DNA of 64,000 nt from contig CAWDXT010000006.1 of the NCBI GenBank assembly GCA_963806265.1, forward strand, positions 64,385 through 128,384, given 5' to 3'. Below the pieces are notes generated by a model. It saw nothing but the letters and a program-made list of their open reading frames with translations, searched no databases and had not been told where the DNA came from. A program made the translations under genes and the position numbers. The stretch comes from an uncultured Chloroflexia bacterium. GTDB lineage: Bacteria > Chloroflexota > Limnocylindria > Limnocylindrales > CSP1-4. Below are positions 40,237 to 49,450 of this stretch, one piece after another; position 1 is the first letter of the stretch, and every line of letters begins with the position of its first letter.

Positions 40237-41040
40237 ATGGAGCGCGTGCTGACCCGCCCACGGACGGGGTCCTCGATCCTCACCAACCTGGTCGGGATCA
40301 CGGTGCTGCTGGTGGTCGCGGTCCTCGTCATTCCGTGGCTCGGCATGAACGCGGGCCTGACCGTCCAACCCGAGCTGGCATGGATTGATCCCGACGACAC
40401 CTTCGTCTACCTGTTCGTCCACCACGGGGTCGAGGCGATCCTCGCGCTGCTGCTCATCGCCGTTCTCGTCGTCGGCTTCGGCTGGTCGCGAGCGGAGTTC
40501 GGGCTGCAGTGGGGCGATGTCCGCACCGGTTTGCGGATCACCGCGGCCTTCGGGCTGTGCTACCTCCTCCTGGTGATCGCGGTCGATCTCGTCCCGTACC
40601 TGCTCAGCGGGAGCCCGCCGGGGCTCGCGTACTGGCCGACGACCCGCAACGTCGTCGGCACGCTCGCCTTCCAGTGGCTGATGGTCGGCGTCGGGGAGGA
40701 GCTGCTGTTCCGGGGCCTGATCCTCGGGCTCCTCGCACGCCCGCTCGGTCGTCGCGTTCGGCTGGGCGTGGGTCGAGCCGCGTTCCGGGTCTCGATCGCC
40801 GGCCTGGTGACGGCGGTGCTGTTCGCCATCGCGCACACCATCCTGTTCAGCCGGGCGTCGTTCCTCGAGATCACCCTCGACCCGAACTGGGTGCAGGTCG
40901 GGCTCGCACTCGTGCTCGGGGTCTACTACGCGGCGCTCCGCGAGCGGACCGGGTCCCTGCTCGGACCGATCCTGAGTCACAACCTCTCGGACGGCCTGTA
41001 CCTGTCGGCGACGTATATGGCCGTCGCGCTCACGAGCTGA
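40237..41040 (+). CDS. CPBP family intramembrane glutamic endopeptidase (CAAX protease-like)
   Basis: Multi-TM protein with GVGEELLFRG and FAIAHT motifs. Intact. Internal ATG 40237 chosen. Confidence 0.85.
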   Translation: MERVLTRPRTGSSILTNLVGITVLLVVAVLVIPWLGMNAGLTVQPELAWIDPDDTFVYLFVHHGVEAILALLLIAVLVVGFGWSRAEFGLQWGDVRTGLRITAAFGLCYLLLVIAVDLVPYLLSGSPPGLAYWPTTRNVVGTLAFQWLMVGVGEELLFRGLILGLLARPLGRRVRLGVGRAAFRVSIAGLVTAVLFAIAHTILFSRASFLEITLDPNWVQVGLALVLGVYYAALRERTGSLLGPILSHNLSDGLYLSATYMAVALTS

Positions 41041-41095
41041 CGCGCACGGAGGGCCGGCGTCGCGCGTGCGGCGATCTCGCTGCTACCCTCGACGC

Positions 41096-41989
41096 ATGAA
41101 GGCTGGTCTGCAGATTCCCTCGTTCTCCTGGCCCGGCGGCACCGATGCCATCGGCGCAACCCTGGGCCGCGTCGCCCACGATGCCGACGAGGCAGGCTTC
41201 GACTCGATCTGGGTCATGGATCACTTCTTCCAGATCCGGGGCGTCGGTCGGCCCGAGGAGCCCATGCTCGAGGGCTGGACCGCGCTCGGGTACATGGCGG
41301 CGCACACGCGGCGCGCGACGCTGGGGCTGATGGTCGGCGGCGTTCACTACCGGCTGCCCGGCCTGTGGGTCAAGGCGGCAACCACGCTCGACGTGCTCTC
41401 GGGCGGTCGTGCCTGGCTGGGCATCGGCGCCGCCTGGAACGAGCAGGAATCACAGGGACTCGGGTTTCCCTTCCCGCCCCTCGGCGAGCGATTCGGCATG
41501 CTCGAGGAGACGCTGCAGATCGCCCACCAGATGTGGCAGGGCGAGCGAGGCACCGAGGCCGCCTTCGAGGGCCGTCACTACCAGGCGGCACGCCTGCTGA
41601 ACGCGCCGCAGTCGATCGCCCGACCGCATCCCCCGATCATGATCGGCGGTGGTGGCGAGCAGAAGACGCTTCGGCTGGTCGCCCGGTACGCCGATGCCTG
41701 CAACGTGTTCGGCGACGGTCCGCGGATCCATCACAAGTACGAGGTCCTGCGCCGCCACTGCGAGGAGATCGGCCGCAGTCCCGACGAGATCGAGCGCTCG
41801 ACCCTGCAGACGGTTCGGCTCGAGCTGGACGACGACCCCGGGGAGAGCCCGCAGCAGGTGGTGGACCGGTTCGGCGAGCTGGCCGATGCCGGCGCCCAGC
41901 ACGTGATCTTCAGCGTCCGCGATGCCTGGCGGCCCGAGGTCATGGAGATCCTCGGGGCGAAGGTCCTGCCCGCCCTCCACAGCCTGTAG
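41096..41989 (+). CDS. LLM-class (luciferase-like) F420-dependent oxidoreductase
   Basis: FDSIWVMDHFFQI, LGIGAAWNEQE, IMIGGGGEQKTLRLVARYADACN. Intact. Confidence 0.85.
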   Translation: MKAGLQIPSFSWPGGTDAIGATLGRVAHDADEAGFDSIWVMDHFFQIRGVGRPEEPMLEGWTALGYMAAHTRRATLGLMVGGVHYRLPGLWVKAATTLDVLSGGRAWLGIGAAWNEQESQGLGFPFPPLGERFGMLEETLQIAHQMWQGERGTEAAFEGRHYQAARLLNAPQSIARPHPPIMIGGGGEQKTLRLVARYADACNVFGDGPRIHHKYEVLRRHCEEIGRSPDEIERSTLQTVRLELDDDPGESPQQVVDRFGELADAGAQHVIFSVRDAWRPEVMEILGAKVLPALHSL

Positions 41990-42013
41990 TCGATCCGCCT
42001 GTAGTCGATCCGC
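41984..42013. repeat. 15-bp tandem duplication containing the LLM gene stop codon
   Basis: CTGTAGTCGATCCGC at 41984-41998 and 41999-42013, with a partial CGATCCGC again near 42021. Confidence 0.88.
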
Positions 42014-42107
42014 GGGCGGCCGATCCGCCGTGATGGGTCCCCGTCCGGCCAGCGGGCGTGTCAGGCAATCCGCCGTGTGGCGATCGGTCGTCCCGCCACC
42101 GGACGCG

Positions 42108-43451
42108 TCAGGCCGCGTTGGTCAGCGGCTGGTCGTCGGTCGGGATCCGGGCACCACGGACCGCGGGCAGCAGGGCGAACCCGATACCCGCGCCGACCAT
42201 CGCCAGGCCCATCGCGACCAGCGTCGCGCCACCGCCGATGGCGTCGAGCAGCACCCCGGCCACCAGCGCCCCGATCGGCATCAGCCCGATCGACAGCGTG
42301 CGGGCCGTGGCTCCGACCCGCCCGAGCAGCGCGTCGGGCGACAGGAGCGTTCGGAGCGACAGGTAGGCCACCAGCATGTTGGAGTTGACGGTGCCGGCGA
42401 TGAACGCGGCGACCACCATCACGACCACCGGGACGTCCAGGGCGACGACCAGCAGCGTCAGTCCGGTCACGATGCTGCCGGCGAGCATCATCGTGCCCAC
42501 CGAGCGGACCGAGATGCGGGCCGCGACCAGCGCACCGCCCATCGACCCCACGGCAAAGGCCGACAGCACCGCACCCACCACCTCCGGGCCCAGGCCGCGA
42601 TCGATCGTGACGTAGTAGATGAGCCCGCTGATCAGGCCGGCGGTCACCACGGACGTCGTCGTCCACAGGGCGATCACGGCACGCAGGGTGGGCTGCCGTC
42701 GAACGAAGCCGATACCCTCGCGAACATCCGCGATGATCCGTGTTCGCTCGGGCCGGGCCTCGGGCCGAAGGGGCCTCCGGACGAGCATCAGCCCGCCGAC
42801 CGAGACGAGGAAGGTCGCCGCATCGATCGCGATCGTCGGCCCCGGGCCGATGGCCGCAGCCAGGAAGCCGGCGATCGCGGGCCCGGCGACCCAGCCGATG
42901 TTGAACACGGCTTCGAACAGGGCGTTGGCGCGCGGTACCTCGGGCCGGCCCACGAGGCCGGGCACGGCTGCCGTGTAGCCCGCAAGCCACAGGACCCGGA
43001 GCACGTTGATCGGGAACGTAACCACCATGATCAGGGCGAGGGTGGGGCCGCCGAGCCAGACGGACAGCGGGATGACCGCGGTCAGAAGGCCTCGCCCGAG
43101 ATCGGCATAGAGCATCATCCGCCGGCGATCCCAGCGATCCGCATAGGCGCCCGCCGGCAGGCCGACGACCAGGTCCGGCAGCGTGGACAGCACGCCGACG
43201 ACGCCCATCGCGATCCCCGAGCCGGTGAGGAACAGGACGAGGATCGGGAGCGCGGTGTTGGTGATCGCATCGCCGAACGAGCTGACGCCCTGACCGATCA
43301 GGACGACCAGGAAATCGTGGTTCCTTCGCAGGCCCCCCGCCGTGACGACGGGGGCCGAGGTGGCGGGCGACAGCCGGACCGGCTCCTCCTCGACGCCGAC
43401 CGGACCAGCAACGACCTGCGCTGGATCGCCGGGTGTCTCGACGCTCGTCAC
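42108..43451 (-). CDS. MFS transporter (EntS/MFS_3-like)
   Basis: About 12 hydrophobic spans. FLVVLIGQGVSSFGDAITNTALPILV, AGAYADRWDRRRMM. GTG 43451 chosen. The upstream part of ORF 42108..43757 is Arg/Trp-rich and non-protein-like. Confidence 0.82.
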   Translation of the reverse strand: MTSVETPGDPAQVVAGPVGVEEEPVRLSPATSAPVVTAGGLRRNHDFLVVLIGQGVSSFGDAITNTALPILVLFLTGSGIAMGVVGVLSTLPDLVVGLPAGAYADRWDRRRMMLYADLGRGLLTAVIPLSVWLGGPTLALIMVVTFPINVLRVLWLAGYTAAVPGLVGRPEVPRANALFEAVFNIGWVAGPAIAGFLAAAIGPGPTIAIDAATFLVSVGGLMLVRRPLRPEARPERTRIIADVREGIGFVRRQPTLRAVIALWTTTSVVTAGLISGLIYYVTIDRGLGPEVVGAVLSAFAVGSMGGALVAARISVRSVGTMMLAGSIVTGLTLLVVALDVPVVVMVVAAFIAGTVNSNMLVAYLSLRTLLSPDALLGRVGATARTLSIGLMPIGALVAGVLLDAIGGGATLVAMGLAMVGAGIGFALLPAVRGARIPTDDQPLTNAA

Positions 43452-43630
43452 GGCACGAGGGTACGTTGGGCGCGGGGTCGCACGCCACCACCACCACGGC
43501 CGCGAACAGGGCGCGGTCGAGACCAGCCGGAAGCCGTGCCGGAGCGTGTGCCGGGGACCAGCACGGGCACCCGCGCCGGAACGCATGAGAGCGCCGGGCG
43601 TCGATACCCCCCAGGAGTATCCTCGAGGCG

Positions 43631-43639
43631 TGGTAAAGT
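43631..43639 (+). promoter_or_regulatory. possible extended -10 element upstream of trxB
   Basis: TGGTAAAGT lies 16 nt before ATG 43655, an AT-rich island in GC-rich surroundings. No convincing -35. Confidence 0.3.
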
Positions 43640-43654
43640 GGCGACCGCAGCCAT

Positions 43655-44858
43655 ATGAGCAGAGACGACGATCACACCATGACCGACCAGAACCGACCGA
43701 CCGAAGGCGCCAGCGAGGCCACGAACGGGGACGATGCCCGACCCGGGACGATTGCATCGAGCCCGCTGGGCTCGATGAAGATCAACTTCGGGAGCGATGG
43801 CGGCGGGCGCAACCCCCCTCGGCGGCGGGATCGCCATCCTGGCCGACCCCGCGGGTGACGCCGTGCCCGCGACGGGCGGCCCGACGGCGGCCGGGACGGA
43901 CGACGGACGCACCGATGCTCCGGTGCTCATCATCGGCTCGGGCCCGGCCGGTCTGACGGCGGCGATCTACGCGGCGCGCGCCAACCTGGAGCCGATCGTG
44001 CTCGGCGGGCTCGGCGCCCGGCGGACAGCTGATGCTCACCAGCGAGGTCGAGAACTACCCGGGCTTCCCCGAGGGCATCGACGGACCGGACCTGATGAGC
44101 CGCTTCCGGGAGCAGGCTCTCCGGTTCGGAACCCACATCGTGGACGTGGACGTCGACCGCGTGGATTTCTCCAGCCGGCCGTTCCGCGTCTGGGCACGCG
44201 GCGTGGAGTACACGGGCCAGGCGGTCATCGTCGCCACGGGCGCGTCGGCGCTGTGGCTCGACATCGACAGCGAGCAGCGTCTGCGCGGGCGCGGCGTGTC
44301 CGCATGCGCGACGTGCGACGGCTTCTTCTTCCGCGACCGTGAGATCGCGGTCGTCGGCGGAGGCGACTCGGCGATGGAGGAGGCGAAGTACCTGACCCGG
44401 TTCGCGAGAAGGTGCATCTCATTCACCGGCGCGACGGGTTCCGAGCATCGAAGATCATGCTCGACCGTGCGGCGAACCACCCCAAGATCGAGATGCACAC
44501 CAATACCGAGATCGCCGAGGTCCTGGGCGACGCGAAGGTCGAGGGCCTCCGGCTGCGCGACACTCGCGACGGCGACGAGCGCGACGTGCCCATGGAGGGG
44601 CTGTTCATCGCGATCGGCCACAAGCCCAACACCGACGTGTTCCGCGACTGGCTCGACGTGGACGAGAAGGGATACCTCCTCGCGCATGAGCACACCACGA
44701 GCCGGATCGACGGCGTGTTCATCGCGGGTGACGTCGACGATCATCGCTATCGGCAGGCCGTGACCGCCGCCGGCGAGGGCTGCCGGGCGGCCCTGGACGC
44801 CGAGAAGTGGCTCGAGGCCCAGGGCGTGGGCGAGTCCACCGCCGTCGCCACCGCGTAG
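43655..44858 (+). CDS. trxB: thioredoxin-disulfide reductase with N-terminal extension; frame-disrupted
   Basis: [31 protein letters not shown], redox centre [46 protein letters not shown]. Pieces lie in ORFs 43655, 43797, 44032 and 44412. Start could be anywhere in 43655-43923. Confidence 0.85.
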
Positions 44859-44986
44859 CGAGACCCCGTCCGGGAGACGCGTCCCGGCGAGTGTCGCGGC
44901 CTCTCCACGCATCCCGGATCGAGCACGGCACCATCACGGCGAACGTTGCGGGCGCAACGACCGTAGCGGCGTGCTAGGGTCAGCCG

Positions 44987-47152
44987 GTGAGCTTTCGTGC
45001 TGGCGGCGGACGCGGGATGGGAGGGGGCCGCGCGGGTCGCCTGACACCGCCCTCGGGCGAGTTCGAGCGTGTCCCGCCCGAGCGCCGGGCGAGAACCACC
45101 CGCCGCATCATGGGGTTCTTCCGGCCGTATCGCGCCCTGGTCGCGGTTGTCGTCGGGGCGATCCTGGCCACCAGCCTCATCGGCCTCGTCAACCCGTACC
45201 TGCTCAAGCTGCTCATCGACAACGTGATCGTCGGCCAGCAGTACGACAAGCTGAACCTGTACGTGGGCCTGATGATCGTCCTCCCGATCTTCTCGGGCCT
45301 GATCGGCGTCGGCCAGACGTACCTCAACAACCTCGTCGGCCAGGGCGTCATGCAGGACCTGCGCAACGCCCTGTACACGCACCTCCAGCGGATGCCCCTG
45401 CGGTTCTTCACGGCCACGCGCACGGGCGAGATCCAGAGCCGCCTGGCCAACGACGTCGGAGGCGTGCAGTCGGTCGTCACCGACACCGCGGCTTCGATCA
45501 CCTCCAACATCGCGATCACGGTCAGCACGATCGTCGCGATGATCCTCATCGACTGGCGGCTGACGCTGCTCTCGCTGGGCGTGCTGCCGTTCTTCATGCT
45601 GCTCACGTTCCGCGTGGGCAAGATCCGGCGCGAGGTGAGCACCGAGACCCAGGAGCGGCTGGCAGAGATGTCGGCCGTGACCGAGGAGACGCTGTCGGTA
45701 TCGGGGATGCTGCTGGGCAAGACGTTCGGCGCCCAGGAACGTTCGGTGGACCGCTACCGGCTGATCAACATGGACCTCGCGAGGCTCCAGTTCCGGCAGG
45801 CGATGGTCGGACGCTGGTTCTTCATGATCGTGGGCACGATCTTCTCGATCACCCCCGCATTCGTGTACTGGCTGGCGGGCACCATGGCCGCCAACGGGGC
45901 CCCCGACGCCCCGACCGCCGGCGACATCGTCGCCTTCACCACGCTCCAGAGCCGGCTGTTCTTCCCGATGGGCCAGCTGCTCAACGTGCAGGTCGAGATC
46001 CAGGGCTCGCTCGCGCTGTTCGACCGGATCTTCGAGTACCTCGACCTCGCACCGGAGATCGTCGATGCGCCCGACGCGGTGGCGCTGGAGCCCGCGACGA
46101 TGCGCGGCGCCGTGGCGTTCGAGGACGTCACCTTCCACTACCAGGCCGAGCCGCAGCCGGACCGGGCCCCGGCTGCGGCGGGATCGATCGACGGCGCGCC
46201 GGGACGCGAGGCGGGACGCGAGGCGGGGGACGGCGGGGCGAGCGGGGGGCCCGCCCACGAGATCCCGCTCGACGATGCGCACACCGAGCGTGGCATGGAC
46301 GGCGAGGCCGCGCTCGACCTTGGGGTCGTCGACCGCGAGACCCTCCTCGACGAGGCGACGTACGAGGAGGACGAGCTCGAAGCCGCAGGCCTCGAGCTGC
46401 CGCTCCCGATGCCGGCGTCGCCGGCGCCGTTCGGACTGGACGGCATCTCGTTCGAGGCACAGCCGGGCGAGCTCGTGGCGCTCGTCGGACCGTCGGGCGC
46501 CGGCAAGACGACCACCACCTACCTGATCCCCCGTCTGTACGACGTGAGCGCCGGGCGCGTGACGATCGACGGACTGGACGTTCGCGGGATCCAGCTCGCC
46601 TCGCTCGGGCGCGTGATCGGGTTCGTGACCCAGGAGACGTACCTGTTCCACGCGTCGATCCGCGACAACCTGCTGTTCGCTCGCCCCCACGCGACCGACG
46701 ACGAGCTTCGCGCCGCGACGCGCGCGGCCGCCATCGCCGATCGGATCGCGGAGCTCCCGGACGGGCTCGACACCGTCGTGGGCGAGCGCGGCTACAAGCT
46801 GTCGGGCGGCGAGAAGCAGCGGCTGGCCATCGCGCGCGTCCTGCTCAAGGATCCACGGATCCTGATCCTCGACGAGGCCACGTCCTCGCTGGACACGGTC
46901 TCGGAGCGGCTGATCCAGGCCGCGCTCAACCGCCTGACCGAGGGCAGAACCACGATCGCGATCGCCCATCGCCTGTCCACGATCCTGCGGGCGGACCGGA
47001 TCCTGGTGCTCGATCACGGCCGGATCGTGGAGCGCGGCACGCACCGGGAGCTGCTGGCGGCGGACGGCCTGTACGCACGCCTGTACCACGAGCAGTTCGA
47101 GGCCGAGGCGGCACAGGTCGAAGAGCTCGAGCCCGACGCCGCCGCGTCCTGA
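44987..47152 (+). CDS. ABC exporter, fused permease/ATPase (MsbA-like) with a ~95-aa insert in the NBD
   Basis: Intact 721 aa with a six-helix TMD. Walker A GPSGAGKTT, signature LSGGEKQRLAIAR, Walker B ILILDEATSSLD, H-loop IAIAHR. Confidence 0.9.
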   Translation: MSFRAGGGRGMGGGRAGRLTPPSGEFERVPPERRARTTRRIMGFFRPYRALVAVVVGAILATSLIGLVNPYLLKLLIDNVIVGQQYDKLNLYVGLMIVLPIFSGLIGVGQTYLNNLVGQGVMQDLRNALYTHLQRMPLRFFTATRTGEIQSRLANDVGGVQSVVTDTAASITSNIAITVSTIVAMILIDWRLTLLSLGVLPFFMLLTFRVGKIRREVSTETQERLAEMSAVTEETLSVSGMLLGKTFGAQERSVDRYRLINMDLARLQFRQAMVGRWFFMIVGTIFSITPAFVYWLAGTMAANGAPDAPTAGDIVAFTTLQSRLFFPMGQLLNVQVEIQGSLALFDRIFEYLDLAPEIVDAPDAVALEPATMRGAVAFEDVTFHYQAEPQPDRAPAAAGSIDGAPGREAGREAGDGGASGGPAHEIPLDDAHTERGMDGEAALDLGVVDRETLLDEATYEEDELEAAGLELPLPMPASPAPFGLDGISFEAQPGELVALVGPSGAGKTTTTYLIPRLYDVSAGRVTIDGLDVRGIQLASLGRVIGFVTQETYLFHASIRDNLLFARPHATDDELRAATRAAAIADRIAELPDGLDTVVGERGYKLSGGEKQRLAIARVLLKDPRILILDEATSSLDTVSERLIQAALNRLTEGRTTIAIAHRLSTILRADRILVLDHGRIVERGTHRELLAADGLYARLYHEQFEAEAAQVEELEPDAAAS

Positions 47153-47220
47153 ACGTCCCGACGCTGCGGGTGGCGACCTCGCCTCCTGCCCGGCCGCCGG
47201 CCGAGTCGACGGATCCGGCG

Positions 47221-49324
47221 TCAGCGCCAGTCGATGGCCAGGACGTCAACCGGTGTGCGGATGCCCTTGAGCTTCACCGAACGCGGCTCGGAACGAGGAT
47301 AGGGCGTCGCGGCCGCGGCATCGAGGGTCGCGCGCGTCGCCAGGATCTCCTCGCTCGAGGCGGCGGCCCCGACGCGTGCCGCCAGGTGCACGCCCGCCCC
47401 GGACCAGTTCCTGCCGCGGCGGGTCGCCTGGGAGGTGTGCAGCCCGATCCGGACCCAGGGCGCGAAGCCGTGCTCGTGGCGATGACGCGCGAGGCGCCGC
47501 TGGATGTCCACGGCGCAGTCGATGCCGGCGCTCGCCTCCTCGAACGCGACGAAGAACCCGTCGCCCGTGTGCGCCACCTCCTGGCCGCCGTGACCCGCAA
47601 ACGCCGCGCGCAGCTCACGGTCGTGCCAGTCGAGCAGATCGCGCCAGGCCCCGTCGCCGATCAGCCCCAGCAGGTCGGTCGAGGTCACGATGTCCGTGAA
47701 CATGAACGTGCGCGTGGTCTCGGTGCGCGTGGTCCCGGTGATCGAGGTGATGCCGCGGGTCTCGCCGGAGCCGTCGTCGAGCAGGCGGTCGGTACGCTCC
47801 AGGTCGCGCGTCGCCCCGAGTCGCTCGAACACGGCCCTGGCGGCGAGCAGGTCGCGCCGGGCCATGGTCTCGTCGCCCTCGGCGGTCAGTGCCTCCGAGT
47901 AGCGCAGCCGAGCCCGGGCACTCTCGTAGGGCAGGTCGGACGTCTGCCACAGGCGCCATGACCGACCGAGCACCGGTGACGCCTCGGCCGCGTTCTTCTC
48001 GCCCAGCAGCAGCTCGCCGCGTGCCGTCAGCGCACCCGCCTGGAACAGCGGCTGCGCATGGTCGCGGGCGATCGTCTCGAGCTCCTCGACGGCAGCTCGC
48101 GCGCCGTCGAGGTCGTCATCGGCGAGGCTGATGTCGACCTTCGCCGGCAGCAGCCGGGCGCGGGCGGTGCGGTCCGCGACGCCGTCGGTGCCGGCTGCCC
48201 GGGTCAGGGCACGGTCGATCGAGCGGCGGGCGTCGGCGATCTCGCCTCGGGCGAGCTGCAGGAGCGCCATGCCGGGCTGGGCCTTGTGCCCGAGCTCGTA
48301 GGCGCGGTCGAATGCCTCGGCGGCGGCATCCAGGTCGCCCATCCGCAGTCGCACCTCGCCGACCTCGTAGTAGGCGTAGGCAACGCCGTCCATGAGCCGG
48401 TAGCGGAGCAGCTCCTCGCTCGCCTGGCGCGCTTCCTGCTCGGCCTCGGGCCACTGTCCGTGCAGCATCTTGATCTCGGCCCGGTGGATCCGGCAGATGC
48501 CCGGGTAGCCGCCGGCGGCGTTCCGGCGCATGAACCGCTCGCCCTCGTCGGCCCACTGCCCGGCACGACCGAGGTCCCCGATGCTCCGGCAGGCCGTGAT
48601 CGTCTGGCAGTAGATGTCGCTCGCCGTCCGCAGGTCGAGCTGGCCCGACGATGCGGCAGCGGCCGACTCGTCGATGAGCGCGAGCCCCCGGGTCGTGTTG
48701 CCGATCATGACCTCGGCCATGCCCTTGAAGCTCATCGCCTGGTACAACGCGTCGTCGTTGCCCTGGCGCCGGGCGATGGCCATCGCCCTGGTCGGCCAGC
48801 TCGATGCCCTCCTGGTAGCGGCCCTCCATCAGCGCCTGGACCGTGCGAAACACCGGGAACCATGCGTGAACCGCCGACTCCGGCTCGCCTTCCAGCAGGC
48901 GCTCGGCGCGGGCCACCCAGCCGTTGGCGACCGGGCCCGCCAGGCTGCGGAACGCCTCATAGGCGAGGCGCACGACCACGCCCGCCGCCTCCAGCTTGCG
49001 ACCCGCGTCTACGTAGCCCGCGAAGGCCCGCTCGAGGGCCTCGGTCGCATCGTCCGGTCGGCCCGCCCACCACAGGGCCGTTCCCAGGAGCTCGAGGTCG
49101 GCAGGCCCCAGCGGCGCCTGCCGGTCGGCCGCGGTCAGCGCATCGATCGCCTCTGCCCAGGCATGCCGTCCGACGGCGTCGCGACCGCGCTCGAGCCCGT
49201 CAACCACACTCGGCGAATCGGCGGCGACCGGATCCCGCTCGGGACGCATCCACCGATTATGAACCTCGAGGGAACCTCCTCCGCCGATGCCGCCAGGTCG
49301 AGCATCCAGCAGCACCTGCCCCAC
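47221..49324 (-). CDS. TPR-repeat protein with C-terminal class III adenylate/guanylate cyclase domain; one frame switch
   Basis: Cyclase: TFMFTDIVTSTDLL, HTGDGFFVAFE, VRIGLHTSQA, GAGVHLAARV. The N-terminal ~480 aa are TPR-like helical repeats. ORFs 47221..48783 and 48116..49324 join near 48790. Start 49324 (GTG) or 49249 (ATG). Confidence 0.82.
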
Positions 49325-49349
49325 CGGGCGGTTCGCGAGCGCTCCTCCT

Positions 49350-49379
49350 GTTGCATGAATATTCAGGTGCTCGTATAGT
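49350..49379 (+). promoter_or_regulatory. candidate argC promoter overlapped by an ARG-box-like palindrome
   Basis: TTGCAT (49351-49356), a 17-nt spacer, then TATAGT (49374-49379). GTTGCATGAATATTCAGG contains the palindrome TGAATATTCA. It matches 14/18 positions of the actinobacterial ARG-box consensus as I recall it (AWTGCATRWWYATGCAWT). It is the only AT-rich island in this spacer. Confidence 0.5.
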
Positions 49380-49450
49380 CATGCCGTGATGACGTTCCGC
49401 CCGAGCTTCGATCCCCCGCGCCTGCCGCCGGTGAGCGGCCGCGCGCGCCG

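Noticed and set aside
44747-47961. 780-aa minus-strand and 996-aa plus-strand ORFs overlapping the ABC exporter and cyclase genes
   Set aside because: They are out-of-frame or antisense shadows of well-supported genes, with composition dominated by R, G, P and A.
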